From contig JBNKBE010000007.1 of NCBI GenBank assembly GCA_050287085.1, positions 195,403-259,402 on the forward strand: a stretch of 64,000 nt of DNA. The letters are read 5' to 3'. Below, piece after piece: positions 36,727 through 46,880 of the stretch. The notes under the pieces were generated by a model. That model made no database searches, was not told where the DNA came from, and saw only the letters and a program-made list of their open reading frames with translations. This stretch comes from Polyangiaceae bacterium. GTDB lineage: Bacteria; Myxococcota_A; Polyangia; Polyangiales; Polyangiaceae. Position 1 is the stretch's first letter. Every line of letters starts with the position of its first letter. Position numbers and translations under genes: made by a program.

Positions 36727-37281
36727 CTACAGCCGTCCGAGCGCAACGGTGACGCCCCGCGCCGTACGCCACGGTGCAGACAACAGGGCGAGGGCGCATT
36801 CGGCCACCTCGCTGGGAAGAGCGGCTTCCGCTCGACCCACGCTCGGACGCAGGGTCTCCCTCGGCGCCGCGACCGCATTGAGATTGAGGTGTTGCATACC
36901 GGCGCGCTGGACGAGTTCTGCGCGCAGCGGCGCGTCGTCGGCCAGCACAGCGCCCATCTGTCCTGGTCGGGCGAGCGTTGCCGGCGCGATCCGCGCAAAC
37001 TCGTCGATCCACGCGCTCAACGTGGCGGGAGGGGGTTCGATCAGCAGGATCCCGCTCCACGTGGTTTGCTCCTGCAGTCCCGAGAGCATCTGAGGCCCTG
37101 CGGGGCCGTCCGGGATCGTCGCGTAGCGATGTAGCTCGCTCTGACAGAGTTCGTAGTCGAGTTCTGCCAGCGCTTCCTCGTCGTGGTCGACTAGAAGTAG
37201 GTGAGTCCCGCTTTCGGCGAGTCGGCGCGCTATCAGCACTCCCAGGGGGTAGGTAGCGTTGACCACGATGGTCCGCATCAT
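36727..37281 (-). CDS. Degenerate short-chain dehydrogenase/reductase-like protein
   Basis: IARRLAESG.HLLLVDHDEEAL, NLNAVAAP, PSEVAECALALLS..G; Gly motif and YxxxK absent. Confidence 0.6.
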   Translation of the reverse strand: MMRTIVVNATYPLGVLIARRLAESGTHLLLVDHDEEALAELDYELCQSELHRYATIPDGPAGPQMLSGLQEQTTWSGILLIEPPPATLSAWIDEFARIAPATLARPGQMGAVLADDAPLRAELVQRAGMQHLNLNAVAAPRETLRPSVGRAEAALPSEVAECALALLSAPWRTARGVTVALGRL

Positions 37282-37441
37282 GGGCCAGACGCTGCCACGG
37301 GAGCGCCGCCAGTGGCTAGCCAAGGTCGGTGGGGCGCTCCCGCGATTGGCCATGTGGCCCTGCAGCCGGTGGCCCGAGGAGGCTCGAGCTTGCCATTGAA
37401 CTGGCCCTCAAGCGGCGACCGGAAGTAGGCTTGTTCTTGTC

Positions 37442-38473
37442 GTGCGTGCGATCTGGATCCGGCAGGTGATCTTCGCGTTGCTGCTGCTCTTTGCGGTAGT
37501 GCTCGCGGGCGGTGCCGCGCTGTATCTGCTGGCGGACAGTCACCTGTCCTATGCGGAGGCGGTCTATTTCACACTGATCACCGTTTCCACCGTAGGCTAC
37601 GGCGAACCGGAGGGACTTGCTGACATTGCGGGCGCCCGAGTGGTCACCTCGACGCTCATTGTTCTGGGCGTCGCAGCGATGGCGTTCTTCAACTCGACGC
37701 TGACCGCCATCCTCGTTGAGGGGCATCTCGCCAAGATCTTTCGAGACCGACGCATGAAAAACAGACTGGAATCGCTTCATGGACACTTTGTAGTGGCGGG
37801 TTGTGGGCGCACGGGTCGCTTCTGTGCCCAGGAGCTCTTCGCTTTGGGACGTCCATTTGCGGTTATCGACTCGAATGCGGCTATGCTCGAACGACTGAAC
37901 GAGGAGCAGTTCGGAGGCAAGTTGCGCTGGGTAGCCGGTGATGCCACTGACGACCACGCGCTCAAGGCCGCGGGTGTCGAGCGGGCGCGCGGACTGGTGG
38001 CCGCTTTGCCTCTCGACAAGGACAACGTCTTCGTCGTGTTGTCGGGACGAACGCTCAATCCCGAGATGGAGATTGTGGCCAAGGCGCTGGACGTGGAAAA
38101 CGAAACCAAGCTGCGCAAAGCGGGCGCCAACAAGCTCGTGAGTCCGCATCGTATTGGCGGCGTGCGACTGGTGAGCGAACTGGTTCGTCCGCGCACCATG
38201 GAGTTTTTGGACGAGCTGCAGGCGATGAGCGGAAGCGATCTGCACATGGAGGATGTGGAGTTGCAGGCGGGATCGCCCCTGGAGGGTGTTACGCTGCGGG
38301 ACGCACCTATCCGCAAGGAGCAGAATGCGCTCGTCGTGGCGATTCGGGAGTCGAATGGCCGCTTCATCCACAGTCCCGGAGCGGACCACCAGCTGCGGGC
38401 GGGCAGTCATCTCATCGTGGTAGGTGACGCGGATGGCGTGACGCACCTGCGCCGACTTGCCACTACTGACTGA
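37442..38473 (+). CDS. Potassium channel with TrkA-N/TrkA-C (RCK) domains
   Basis: TVSTVGYG filter; HFVVAGCGRTG; GDATDD..L..AGVERA. Confidence 0.93.
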   Translation: MRAIWIRQVIFALLLLFAVVLAGGAALYLLADSHLSYAEAVYFTLITVSTVGYGEPEGLADIAGARVVTSTLIVLGVAAMAFFNSTLTAILVEGHLAKIFRDRRMKNRLESLHGHFVVAGCGRTGRFCAQELFALGRPFAVIDSNAAMLERLNEEQFGGKLRWVAGDATDDHALKAAGVERARGLVAALPLDKDNVFVVLSGRTLNPEMEIVAKALDVENETKLRKAGANKLVSPHRIGGVRLVSELVRPRTMEFLDELQAMSGSDLHMEDVELQAGSPLEGVTLRDAPIRKEQNALVVAIRESNGRFIHSPGADHQLRAGSHLIVVGDADGVTHLRRLATTD

Positions 38474-38554
38474 ACGCGTAGCGCTCTGGTGACGGAGCGC
38501 CTGGCGAGCGCAGCATGACCCGGACGGTCAGGGAAATCCCTGCGTAGTTCGTTA

Positions 38555-40414
38555 ATGCCATCCCGGTCAGGAGCCGTTGTACCTTCCATGGGGTTGTCCC
38601 TCGTTTCTGCGCTGTCAGCAAGGGACGCGCCTGGCGGCGACTTGGAGCCGTCGCTAGACGCTGAGCTATGGCAGCTGGCGGCCAAGCGCTCCGGGTACTC
38701 CCCGGTGTCGTACTTGGTGTTTGCGGCGGCGCTGAGCATCTATACGCCGCTCGGCTCGCGTCACTCGAGCGCAGCTGTTGGCCTAACCCTGGCGCTGGGG
38801 ATTCTGGTCGTACTCAGAATCGGGCACACAACTCGCTATCAGAAGGCGTTTGCGGCCAACCCGCGGCTGCATCGTGCTCTCTTTGGCGGCGGAGCTTTGG
38901 CATCAGCGCTGTTGTTTTCAGCGTTGTGTTGCGTGCCCTTCTACGAGACCGGTCTCGATGAAACCTCGTTTTCCGGGTTGCTCATGCTGGCGGGCCTTGC
39001 CGCAGGCGGCACGGCGGCTCTCGCCTCCGACCTCGTTCTTGTCAGGGCGTTTGCGGTCTGCGCCTTGGCCCCGCCTTGTGTCGTTTCGTGGCTTGGCCAA
39101 GAAGCGGTCCCCGTCCCGGTGAAGATTTCCTTGCTGCTGAGCTTGGCATTCTACTTCTTGTTGGGCGGCATCGTGCATCAGCAGGCGCGGGAAGGCGTGA
39201 CTCAGGCCCGACGCCTTCGAGAGCAAGGCCGCAATCTCGCGGTGGCGATGGCCGCCGCAGAGGCTGCAGCCGTCGCCAAAAGTCAGTTTCTCGCCACCAT
39301 GAACCACGAGCTTCGTACGCCGCTCAACGGTGTGCTTGGGATCGCCGATCTGCTTTTAATGACTTCATTGGACGACGAGCAAATGGGCCACGTGACGGCT
39401 CAGAAGGCTTCCGCCGAGTCTCTCCTGAGTCTGATCGACGGCGTTCTCGACTATTCCCAACTCGAGTTGGGGCACATCACGCTTCAGTCGGTCCCATTCG
39501 ATGTCCGCAAGGTGGTGGAGGAGGCTGCCGCCGCGGTCCGGCCATTGATCACGTCCTCCAATATCGCACTGACCGTCGATGTGGGAGCGGGGGTGACTGC
39601 GCCGGTCGTGGGAGATCCGCAGCGCATGCGTCAGGTCTTGATTCACCTCGCGGGCAACGCCGTGAAGTTCACAGCCGAAGGGCAAGTACGGCTGACAGTG
39701 CGTTGTATCGACGGTGCCGCGGGAACCCTCCGCTTCGCGGTCGAGGATACCGGGATTGGGATCGGAGCCGAGCAGACTGACCTGATTTTCGGGCAATTCA
39801 GTCAGGTGGACACCGGTGCCACCCGACGCTACGGGGGGGCCGGTCTTGGCCTTGCGATCGCGCGCAGTCTCGTTTCCGCGATGGGTAGTAGTATCCAGCT
39901 CTCGAGCCGACTCGGCGTCGGGTCGACGTTCTGGTTCGACTTGAAGCTGCCGCCCGCGCCACAGGAGAGCGGCGAGGCGCGCACGCACGAGGTGTCGCTC
40001 GTTCCTCCCGGTACACGTGTTCTGCTCGTGGACGACAATGACCTGAACCTGCGCGTTGCCGAGCGCCTGCTACACAAGCTGCAGTGCAAGGTCACGTGCG
40101 CCAAGGATGGCGAGGAAGCGTGTCAGCGTGCGCGCGCGGAAGGTTTTGATGTCGTGCTCATGGACTGCATGATGCCGGTGCTCGACGGCTACGCAGCGAC
40201 CCGCCGAATGCTCGCCGAGGGCCTGGCCGCACCGGTCGTGGCGGTGACCGCCAACTGCCAACCGGAGGACGTAATCCAGTGTCATCAGGCGGGCATGAGG
40301 GCCCATCTCGCCAAACCTGTACGCCTTCGGGAGCTGGCCCAGACATTGGAGCGCGTGCTTGACGAGGCACGGAATCCGCGATCGCCGGTCGTCGGCGACA
40401 GGGTCAAGGGATAG
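38555..40414 (+). CDS. Membrane hybrid sensor histidine kinase/response regulator
   Basis: HELRTPLNG H-box, GNAVKFT, DTGIGI, GAGLGL, receiver LLVDDN…LMDCMMP…KP. Confidence 0.93.
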   Translation: MPSRSGAVVPSMGLSLVSALSARDAPGGDLEPSLDAELWQLAAKRSGYSPVSYLVFAAALSIYTPLGSRHSSAAVGLTLALGILVVLRIGHTTRYQKAFAANPRLHRALFGGGALASALLFSALCCVPFYETGLDETSFSGLLMLAGLAAGGTAALASDLVLVRAFAVCALAPPCVVSWLGQEAVPVPVKISLLLSLAFYFLLGGIVHQQAREGVTQARRLREQGRNLAVAMAAAEAAAVAKSQFLATMNHELRTPLNGVLGIADLLLMTSLDDEQMGHVTAQKASAESLLSLIDGVLDYSQLELGHITLQSVPFDVRKVVEEAAAAVRPLITSSNIALTVDVGAGVTAPVVGDPQRMRQVLIHLAGNAVKFTAEGQVRLTVRCIDGAAGTLRFAVEDTGIGIGAEQTDLIFGQFSQVDTGATRRYGGAGLGLAIARSLVSAMGSSIQLSSRLGVGSTFWFDLKLPPAPQESGEARTHEVSLVPPGTRVLLVDDNDLNLRVAERLLHKLQCKVTCAKDGEEACQRARAEGFDVVLMDCMMPVLDGYAATRRMLAEGLAAPVVAVTANCQPEDVIQCHQAGMRAHLAKPVRLRELAQTLERVLDEARNPRSPVVGDRVKG

Positions 40415-40482
40415 GGCCTTTGACCGTGGCAGCGCTTCCGACCTGAACGCCCGGTGCTCGACTACCTGACTACTCGATGGGC

Positions 40483-41880
40483 CTACTCCTTGCCGAGTCG
40501 GACCTGAGCTAGCTCCCAGAGCAGCAATACATTGGTGTGGATCGCCTTTTCGAAGACGCCAAGGTGCAGCGACTCATCCGGACCGTGCGCGCCGCTTTCG
40601 GGGTCGAGCACGCCGTTTAGGATGAGGGGCAGAGTGTGGTAGCGCCGCCCAAAGAGCGCGACGAAAGGAATCGATCCACCGATGCCGATGCGCAGGGGTT
40701 TGACTCCCCAAACGGTTTCGTACGCGCGATCGACGGCCTCGAAGGCGGCGCCTTGGGGGTCGTACAGCCAGCTGCTGGCCGCGTGGGAGCCCACTCGGAG
40801 CGAGAGGACGACCCCTGGAGGGCACGAAGCCTCCAGCACCCGTTCGAGCTCTGTTTGGAGTTCCTCTCGGGTTTGCCCCGGGGCGACGCGAATCGAGAGC
40901 TTCGCGCTGGCGTTCTTGCGGATGGCATTTTTTTCGCTGCCGGCTGCTGGCAACGTGGTCGATAGCACGGTGAGGGCGGGCTGGCGCCAAAGCCATTCTG
41001 CGGCGCTGCGACCCCGAAGGGGGAGTGGTGATGCGGTCGGTAGCATTTGCGTTGCGTCTCGAATCACCGATTCTCCCAGTGGTACCGCCTGCGAGCGCTC
41101 CCGCCATGCTTCGTCCACCGTCATCCGTCCGAGTGCGAAGCGACCGTCGTCGTCTAATAAGCGTGCGAGCAGCAAGATGAGGGCGTTGCCCGGGTCGGGG
41201 ACCATATTCCCCCACAGGCCCGAATGAACGTCCTTGGCCAACGCTTCACAGGTGACGTCCACCTCGAGTAGCCCGCGCAAGCTGCAGGTCAAACCGGGGA
41301 CATCCACGCTGGGATTCTCGCAGTCGGTGAGCACCATCACGTCTGCGTCAAAGCGCGACGGGAAAGCGTCCATGTAGCGCTCCAGGTTGGGGGACCCAAT
41401 TTCCTCTTCCCCTTCAATGACAAGTTTGACGTTCAAGGGGAGTTCGCCATTGACCTGGAGCCAGGCTTCGAGTGCGGCAAGGTGCGTGACCCACCCACCC
41501 ATATCGTCTGCGGAGCCGCGGGCGTAGAGCCTCTGGCCTCTGACCTCTGCCTCGTGCGGCTGAGTGGACCAGGCCTCGCCGCGGACGGGCTGGAGATCGA
41601 GGTGCCCGTAGATCAGTATCGTGGGCTTGTCCGCCGCGACGATGCGTTCGGCTGCCACCAGCGGAAGCGCACCCTCGAGCTCCAGCACGCTCGCCTCCAG
41701 GCCAAGCGCTTCCAGGTCGCGCTGCACCCGTTTGGCCAGTTCACGCACGTCAGCGTGATGGCCGGGTTCACACGATATGGCGGGAACTCGCAGGTATCCG
41801 CGCAGCCGTTCGAGTGTGGCAGGAAGGCAGGTCAGGGCGTGTCCGGCGACGTGCTCTGCTAGGGCGTTCGACTTGGCCAT
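40483..41880 (-). CDS. M20 family metallopeptidase/dipeptidase
   Basis: YGHLDLQP, ARGSADD, EGEEEIGS, DVHSG, GGSIP, AHGPDE. Confidence 0.93.
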   Translation of the reverse strand: MAKSNALAEHVAGHALTCLPATLERLRGYLRVPAISCEPGHHADVRELAKRVQRDLEALGLEASVLELEGALPLVAAERIVAADKPTILIYGHLDLQPVRGEAWSTQPHEAEVRGQRLYARGSADDMGGWVTHLAALEAWLQVNGELPLNVKLVIEGEEEIGSPNLERYMDAFPSRFDADVMVLTDCENPSVDVPGLTCSLRGLLEVDVTCEALAKDVHSGLWGNMVPDPGNALILLLARLLDDDGRFALGRMTVDEAWRERSQAVPLGESVIRDATQMLPTASPLPLRGRSAAEWLWRQPALTVLSTTLPAAGSEKNAIRKNASAKLSIRVAPGQTREELQTELERVLEASCPPGVVLSLRVGSHAASSWLYDPQGAAFEAVDRAYETVWGVKPLRIGIGGSIPFVALFGRRYHTLPLILNGVLDPESGAHGPDESLHLGVFEKAIHTNVLLLWELAQVRLGKE

Positions 41881-42284
41881 TGGGCGCGCACTGTAGCTCG
41901 GTTGGTGCTTAGAACCGATCCCAAAAAGGATCGAGACCCAGCAAATCAGAGCAAGAGACGATCAAGAGTAGGCCATCGTGGCGGCTTTCCGCCTTGGGGT
42001 CGACGCGACGCTGCGGCAACTTGGGAGCGGTGCTGCACGCGTATCAGAAATGCGGGCGCCCGCATTCTCTGCGCAGATCGGACGCTCGCTGTCCCCAGAG
42101 CAGCCCTCCGCGGATTTGTTAGGAAGAGTGATCGGAGGCAGTCGACTTTCACTTTTGCTGTCGAATGGCAGTGGGCGGACCCGTGCCACGCAACGCTGAG
42201 CGAATTTTCTAGGCGATAACCCCGAGCGAGCAGGTCGTGTCATTTTGTACGAGCGCGGAGGCGGATATCGGGGCCTTCTTGAGT

Positions 42285-42824
42285 ATGGCAAAGGTGTCGA
42301 ACGAGAGCTTTCAGATGGTCGCTGAGCTTCCGGCGAAGCACTTGGTGACCACCGTTGATAGGCTGCTGCGACAAGCTGACTGTCAACTGTGCGGCCTTGC
42401 CGCCTACGCCCCGGACGCGGAAGCCAACGGGGCTCGCATAGAATTGCACCCCCCGCGCGAGCGACAGCACTTGTGGTCTCCCGCGCTGACCGTGCAACTC
42501 TTCTCACATTCCGAGGGTACGCGTCTGGACGGCCGTTTCGGTCCAGGTCCAAGCTTGTTCTCGTTGTACGTGGCTATCAGCGCCATTTCGGTCTTCGCTA
42601 GCTTGGTGGGCCTCGCGTTTGCCTACGCCCAGTGGATGCTTGGCGTGTCCCCAACCGGGCTCTGGGCGCTACCCTGCGCGTTGTTGCCGGTGGTGGGCGC
42701 ATTCCTAACTCAGTTGGCCGGGCGTAGCGTCGGTCGTGAGCAGATGGCCGAGTTGCGCCGCTTTCTCGAGCGGGCGGTGGAATGTGCCAAAGGGGAGAGC
42801 AGCTTGGATGCTGGGTTGAGTTAG
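42285..42824 (+). CDS. Hypothetical membrane protein (2 TM)
   Basis: HLWSPAL…GRFGP then two hydrophobic helices. Confidence 0.65.
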   Translation: MAKVSNESFQMVAELPAKHLVTTVDRLLRQADCQLCGLAAYAPDAEANGARIELHPPRERQHLWSPALTVQLFSHSEGTRLDGRFGPGPSLFSLYVAISAISVFASLVGLAFAYAQWMLGVSPTGLWALPCALLPVVGAFLTQLAGRSVGREQMAELRRFLERAVECAKGESSLDAGLS

Positions 42825-43384
42825 AGCGGAGCCTCCTGTCCTGGTAGCGGCGGCTGGTACCCGGGCGGCTTGATGCTGGTTACCGGCACCCAGTACTCCA
42901 TCACCGAATCGGCGGCTCGGGGCGAGAAGCGAGCGTCATAGACCTCAAGATGGGGCGCGGCCTTGATGTGTGCATAGCCGGAATGCGGCAGCCACAGTTC
43001 GAAGGCCTGATGTAGGGTCCGGGGTAACTCTCTTATGGGGCCGTGGTGGGTGAACATTGCGTACTGGCAAGAGTTGACCACAACGCCCTCATAGGGAGGT
43101 GGGAGCGGATCGATCGCGGAAACTTGCAGGGCAGCGAGGTACGTCACTCGAAGTCCGGTGGCTGTTTGCTCGGGGAGCAGGACGCCGTACTGATTGTCGG
43201 ACACGATCCCAGCGGGGCGCACGTCGAGGCTGGCGAGCTGACGCCATACTTCCGGAACTCGCTCAGTTGCGGTTAGCGCGTCGGCAGGTGCGACGTGTTG
43301 AAGTGTTGTAGATAGGCCAGCGAAACAATAGGGCCCGGCTTGCTCGAGTCGAGGTGAGCCCGCGTGACGTTGTCCCTGCCGCAT
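42821..43384 (-). CDS. Stand-alone GyrI-like effector-binding domain protein
   Basis: YAMFTHHGPI..L..T…WLPHSGY…LEVYD.RF…MEYWVPV. Confidence 0.85.
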   Translation of the reverse strand: MRQGQRHAGSPRLEQAGPYCFAGLSTTLQHVAPADALTATERVPEVWRQLASLDVRPAGIVSDNQYGVLLPEQTATGLRVTYLAALQVSAIDPLPPPYEGVVVNSCQYAMFTHHGPIRELPRTLHQAFELWLPHSGYAHIKAAPHLEVYDARFSPRAADSVMEYWVPVTSIKPPGYQPPLPGQEAPL

Positions 43385-44084
43385 TGGTGTGAGCGTGCAC
43401 GATTCGAAGCAGCTCGCAACTTCTCAACAACTTTTACCTTGCTCCGCGACCTACACCACCCTACCGTTGGCCCCATCGGAGGTCGCTCGGTGTGCAAACA
43501 GACAATCTGACGCCGAAAATCCTATCCCATGGTCTTCCGGCGAGCTCGGTCTCGTCGGGTTGCGGCGCGCTTCTGGTAGCCGAATCCGGGCTCGAAGAGG
43601 CGGTGAGACCGCCGCGGGGGAAGGCGGCCGAGAGCGGCGTGCGGACCGTCGCTCACCACGAGCTTTCTGCACTCACTATTGCTGACGGCGCGTCTAGGCC
43701 GCGAACCGCTCGAGTGTTGGCGCCCGGGTTGCGCGCAGAGTGGTCTCGGATCTGCGACGTCTTGGTTTGCGCGCGCCGGCCGTCTCGGGTCGCGGGGGTG
43801 TTGCCTAGGCTTTATACGGCAGCGGTGTTTGCGGATCGAACAGCCCTCGCGGACGCTTTCTCGGAATCTTTGCCTCGAGTCCGGAAGGATAAGTAGGCGC
43901 GGCCGTGCGGGGCCGCCCCGCGCCGGAGAATCGAGAGGTGAGGGCCTCCGCGATCGATGCCGAATATTCACGCTTCCGTAACGAGCCGGCGTGTGGGGCA
44001 GCGTTGTTTGTCACCGCAGTGCGTCAAGTCGTGGGCAACGGCCTTCTCGATTTGCGGAAGCCGCCAATAGGAAAAGCTGCTTCG

Positions 44085-45385
44085 TGTCATCGTCGCCCAC
44101 CCTGCCAAACCCACCCGACCCGCTTTTGCTTCGCCCCAGATTGGGCGCTGTGGCGGTCGGCTTGCTCGCATTCTCCACCTACTTCTGCATGTACGCGTTC
44201 CGAAAGCCCTTTGCCGTGGGGCAATACCACGGTGACGGCTTGTGGGGGGTCGATCTCAAAACCACGCTCGTGATCAGTCAGGTCGTGGGCTACACCTTCT
44301 CCAAGTATTTGGGCGTGCGCTGGGTGAGTGAGGCCTCGCGTCGGGCGCGCCTTCCGTTCCTGCTCTCGCTCGTGGCGGCGGCTGAGTTGGCGCTGCTCTT
44401 GTTACCCATGTTGCCACCGCAGGCGTATTGGGTTGCCCTACTTCTGAATGGGCTGCCACTGGGCATGGTTTGGGGGTTGGTCGTGCGTAGCTTGGAGGGG
44501 CGCCGCACCAGCGACGTGTTGCTGGCCGTGTTGAGCTGCAGCTTTATCGTCGCCAGCGGCGTGGTAAAAGACATTGGCCGTTGGCTGCTGTCACGGGGTA
44601 TCGACGAAGCGTGGATGCCGTCTCTGGCGGGGGCGCTATTTCTAGTTCCGTTTGCAGCAAGCGCGTGGCTTCTTGATCGCGTACCGGACCCCGACGACGC
44701 CGATATCAGCGCCCGTGCGGCTCGCGTTCCGCTGTCGGCTGCAGAGCGGCGTCTCTTGCTGCGCGACTTGTGGCCAGGCCTCGTGCCTTTGGCGATCACC
44801 TATTTCTTCCTCACCGCGTTTCGCGACTACCGCGACAACTACGGCATGGACCTGTTTCGCGCGCTGGGCTACGCGAATGATTCGGCGATCTTCACCGCCA
44901 CGGAGGTTCCGATCGCGGCGCTGGTGCTCGGCTCGATGGCGATGCTGGCTCTGGTTCGCCGTCGTCAGCATGCGTTGGCTGGACTGTTTGGGGTCCTCGC
45001 GTTCGGTCTTTTACTGCTTGGTCTGGCGACTATCGCCTTCGAACAAGGCGTAGTCTCGGGACAAATGTGGATGTTGCTGATCGGTCTCGGGGGCTATCTT
45101 GCATACGTGCCGTTTGGCTCCTTCTTGTTCGACCACATCATGGCCAACGCTTCGCGAGCGGGGACAGCCGTCTTTGCCATCAACCTATTTGACGGTCTTG
45201 GGTACACAGGCTCCGTCGCGCTGCAGCTCAGCAAAGACCTGCTGGCGGGCGACGAGTCCCGCCTGGAGTTCTTCAAGCGTGTTACGTACCTGATGAGCGT
45301 CTTCGGGGTGGTCGGCGTAGTTCTTGCCTCCTGGTATTTCCTGCGCTCGGCTCGCCGGGCGGGCGTGCAGTGCGCGGTCGCGTGA
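44085..45385 (+). CDS. DUF5690 family MFS-like membrane protein
   Basis: FSTYFCMYAFRKPF, SQVVGY..SK..G, NGLPLGMVWG, LEGRR, RDYRDN. Confidence 0.88.
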
Positions 45386-45473
45386 CGGTTTGCTCGCTGT
45401 TTCAGCCAGCGGTCGCGGGGCGAGGAGACAGTGCTCGCGCGAGCGGCGCGAATAGCTTACGCATCGCGTTGCA

Positions 45474-46805
45474 ATGAGTGGGTATTCTTTGGACGTCGAC
45501 GCGCGGCAGCGCGGGCTGCGCATGTCGCTCTACGACGGACTCTTCTACGCGGTCATGGTGGGCGTCAGCGAAAGCTACCTGGGCGCGTTTGCGGTTGAAT
45601 TGGGGCATGGTCCGACGGCGCTCGGGCTGCTTTCCGCGCTACCCCTGCTGGTTGGAGCCTTGTCACAGCTGGCGGCGCCAAGGTTGGTCCGAAGGCTCGG
45701 AAGTCGGAAGCGACTCGTGGTTGGGGGGGCTTTTGTCCAGGCCCTGGCTCATCTGGGGTTGATAATGATCGCTTCGAGCAAGAGCTCCAGTCTGAGCGCG
45801 CTTCTGTCCGTCAAGATCGCTTTCTGGGTCTCGGGCAGTGTGATTGCGCCGGCCTGGAGCGCGTGGATGGCCTCACTCACCCGGGCAACCGATCGCGAGC
45901 GCTACTTTGCGCGGCGCTCCGCTGCGATTCAGGGTGTGTTGCTCGTGGCCTTTGTGAGCGCGGGCGCGAGTCTAGGTCACGTCGCGGCTGGCGATCGGCT
46001 CGGCACATTTGCTTGGCTTTTTGGCATCGCGTTGCTGGCCCGCGTTGCCAGTGCGACATGCCTTCGCGTGCAGCCGGATCCCGACGCGTCCGCATCGCTG
46101 CAGGGGGCGCTGCAGCTCCGGGCGACTCTGCGGCAATCGCGGTGGCTTGCAGTGCTTTACCTGACGGGCTTGATGTTCGGCGCTCATCTATCCGTGCCGT
46201 TCTTCACGCCCTACATGCTGCTGGACTTGCGACTCGACTACGTGACCTTTGCGGCGCTGAGCGCGATTTCGATTCTGGCCAAAGCGCTCTACCTGCCGTT
46301 CTGCCATCTGCTTGCGGCCAGGTTTCGGCTCGACCGGTTGTTGTTTGTGTCCGGCATCGCCGTGGCGACGGTTCCCGCCTTGTGGACGATGGGCCGCGGG
46401 GTGCCTCAACTCCTGCTGGCCCATGTGGTCGGCGGGATCGCTTGGGCCGGGCTTGAATATGCCAGCTTCCAGGTGCTGCTGGACAGCTCTCGCGTAGAAC
46501 ATCGCCTGGAGTTCATGGCCTTGGCAAACTCGGTCACAGGAGTCGCCCAGGTGGCGGGGGCTCTCGTCGGGGCGAAGCTGCTCGAGCTCTATTCTCTGTC
46601 CTACACTGACGTGTTCTGGCTCTCGGCCGCGTTCCGCGCGCTGCCGATTCTGCTGTTGGTGGGACATGAGCGCCAGCTGCGGCCGGCGCGTCTGCGCCTC
46701 TTGGCGCTTCGGCTGGTAGGGGTGAGGCCATCGGGCGGCGCGCAGCAGCGCCCGATGCTCGTCGAGTCATTTCCTGGCGATAAGGACCGCCCAGACGAGC
46801 CGTAG
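45474..46805 (+). CDS. MFS transporter
   Basis: About 12 TM; DGLF..VMVG…YL.AFA; PAW.AWM..L…R.RYF.RR; PFF.PYML. Confidence 0.85.
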   Translation: MSGYSLDVDARQRGLRMSLYDGLFYAVMVGVSESYLGAFAVELGHGPTALGLLSALPLLVGALSQLAAPRLVRRLGSRKRLVVGGAFVQALAHLGLIMIASSKSSSLSALLSVKIAFWVSGSVIAPAWSAWMASLTRATDRERYFARRSAAIQGVLLVAFVSAGASLGHVAAGDRLGTFAWLFGIALLARVASATCLRVQPDPDASASLQGALQLRATLRQSRWLAVLYLTGLMFGAHLSVPFFTPYMLLDLRLDYVTFAALSAISILAKALYLPFCHLLAARFRLDRLLFVSGIAVATVPALWTMGRGVPQLLLAHVVGGIAWAGLEYASFQVLLDSSRVEHRLEFMALANSVTGVAQVAGALVGAKLLELYSLSYTDVFWLSAAFRALPILLLVGHERQLRPARLRLLALRLVGVRPSGGAQQRPMLVESFPGDKDRPDEP

Positions 46806-46880
46806 GGGGCATGGTCAAATGCGCAACGCGCCGGTGGCGGCGTGAGCCGCACCGACGCGTCTTGCGTTTGGGTTCTTCGC

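Noticed and set aside
37316..38446. 376-aa minus-strand ORF
   Set aside because: Antisense shadow of the K+ channel gene
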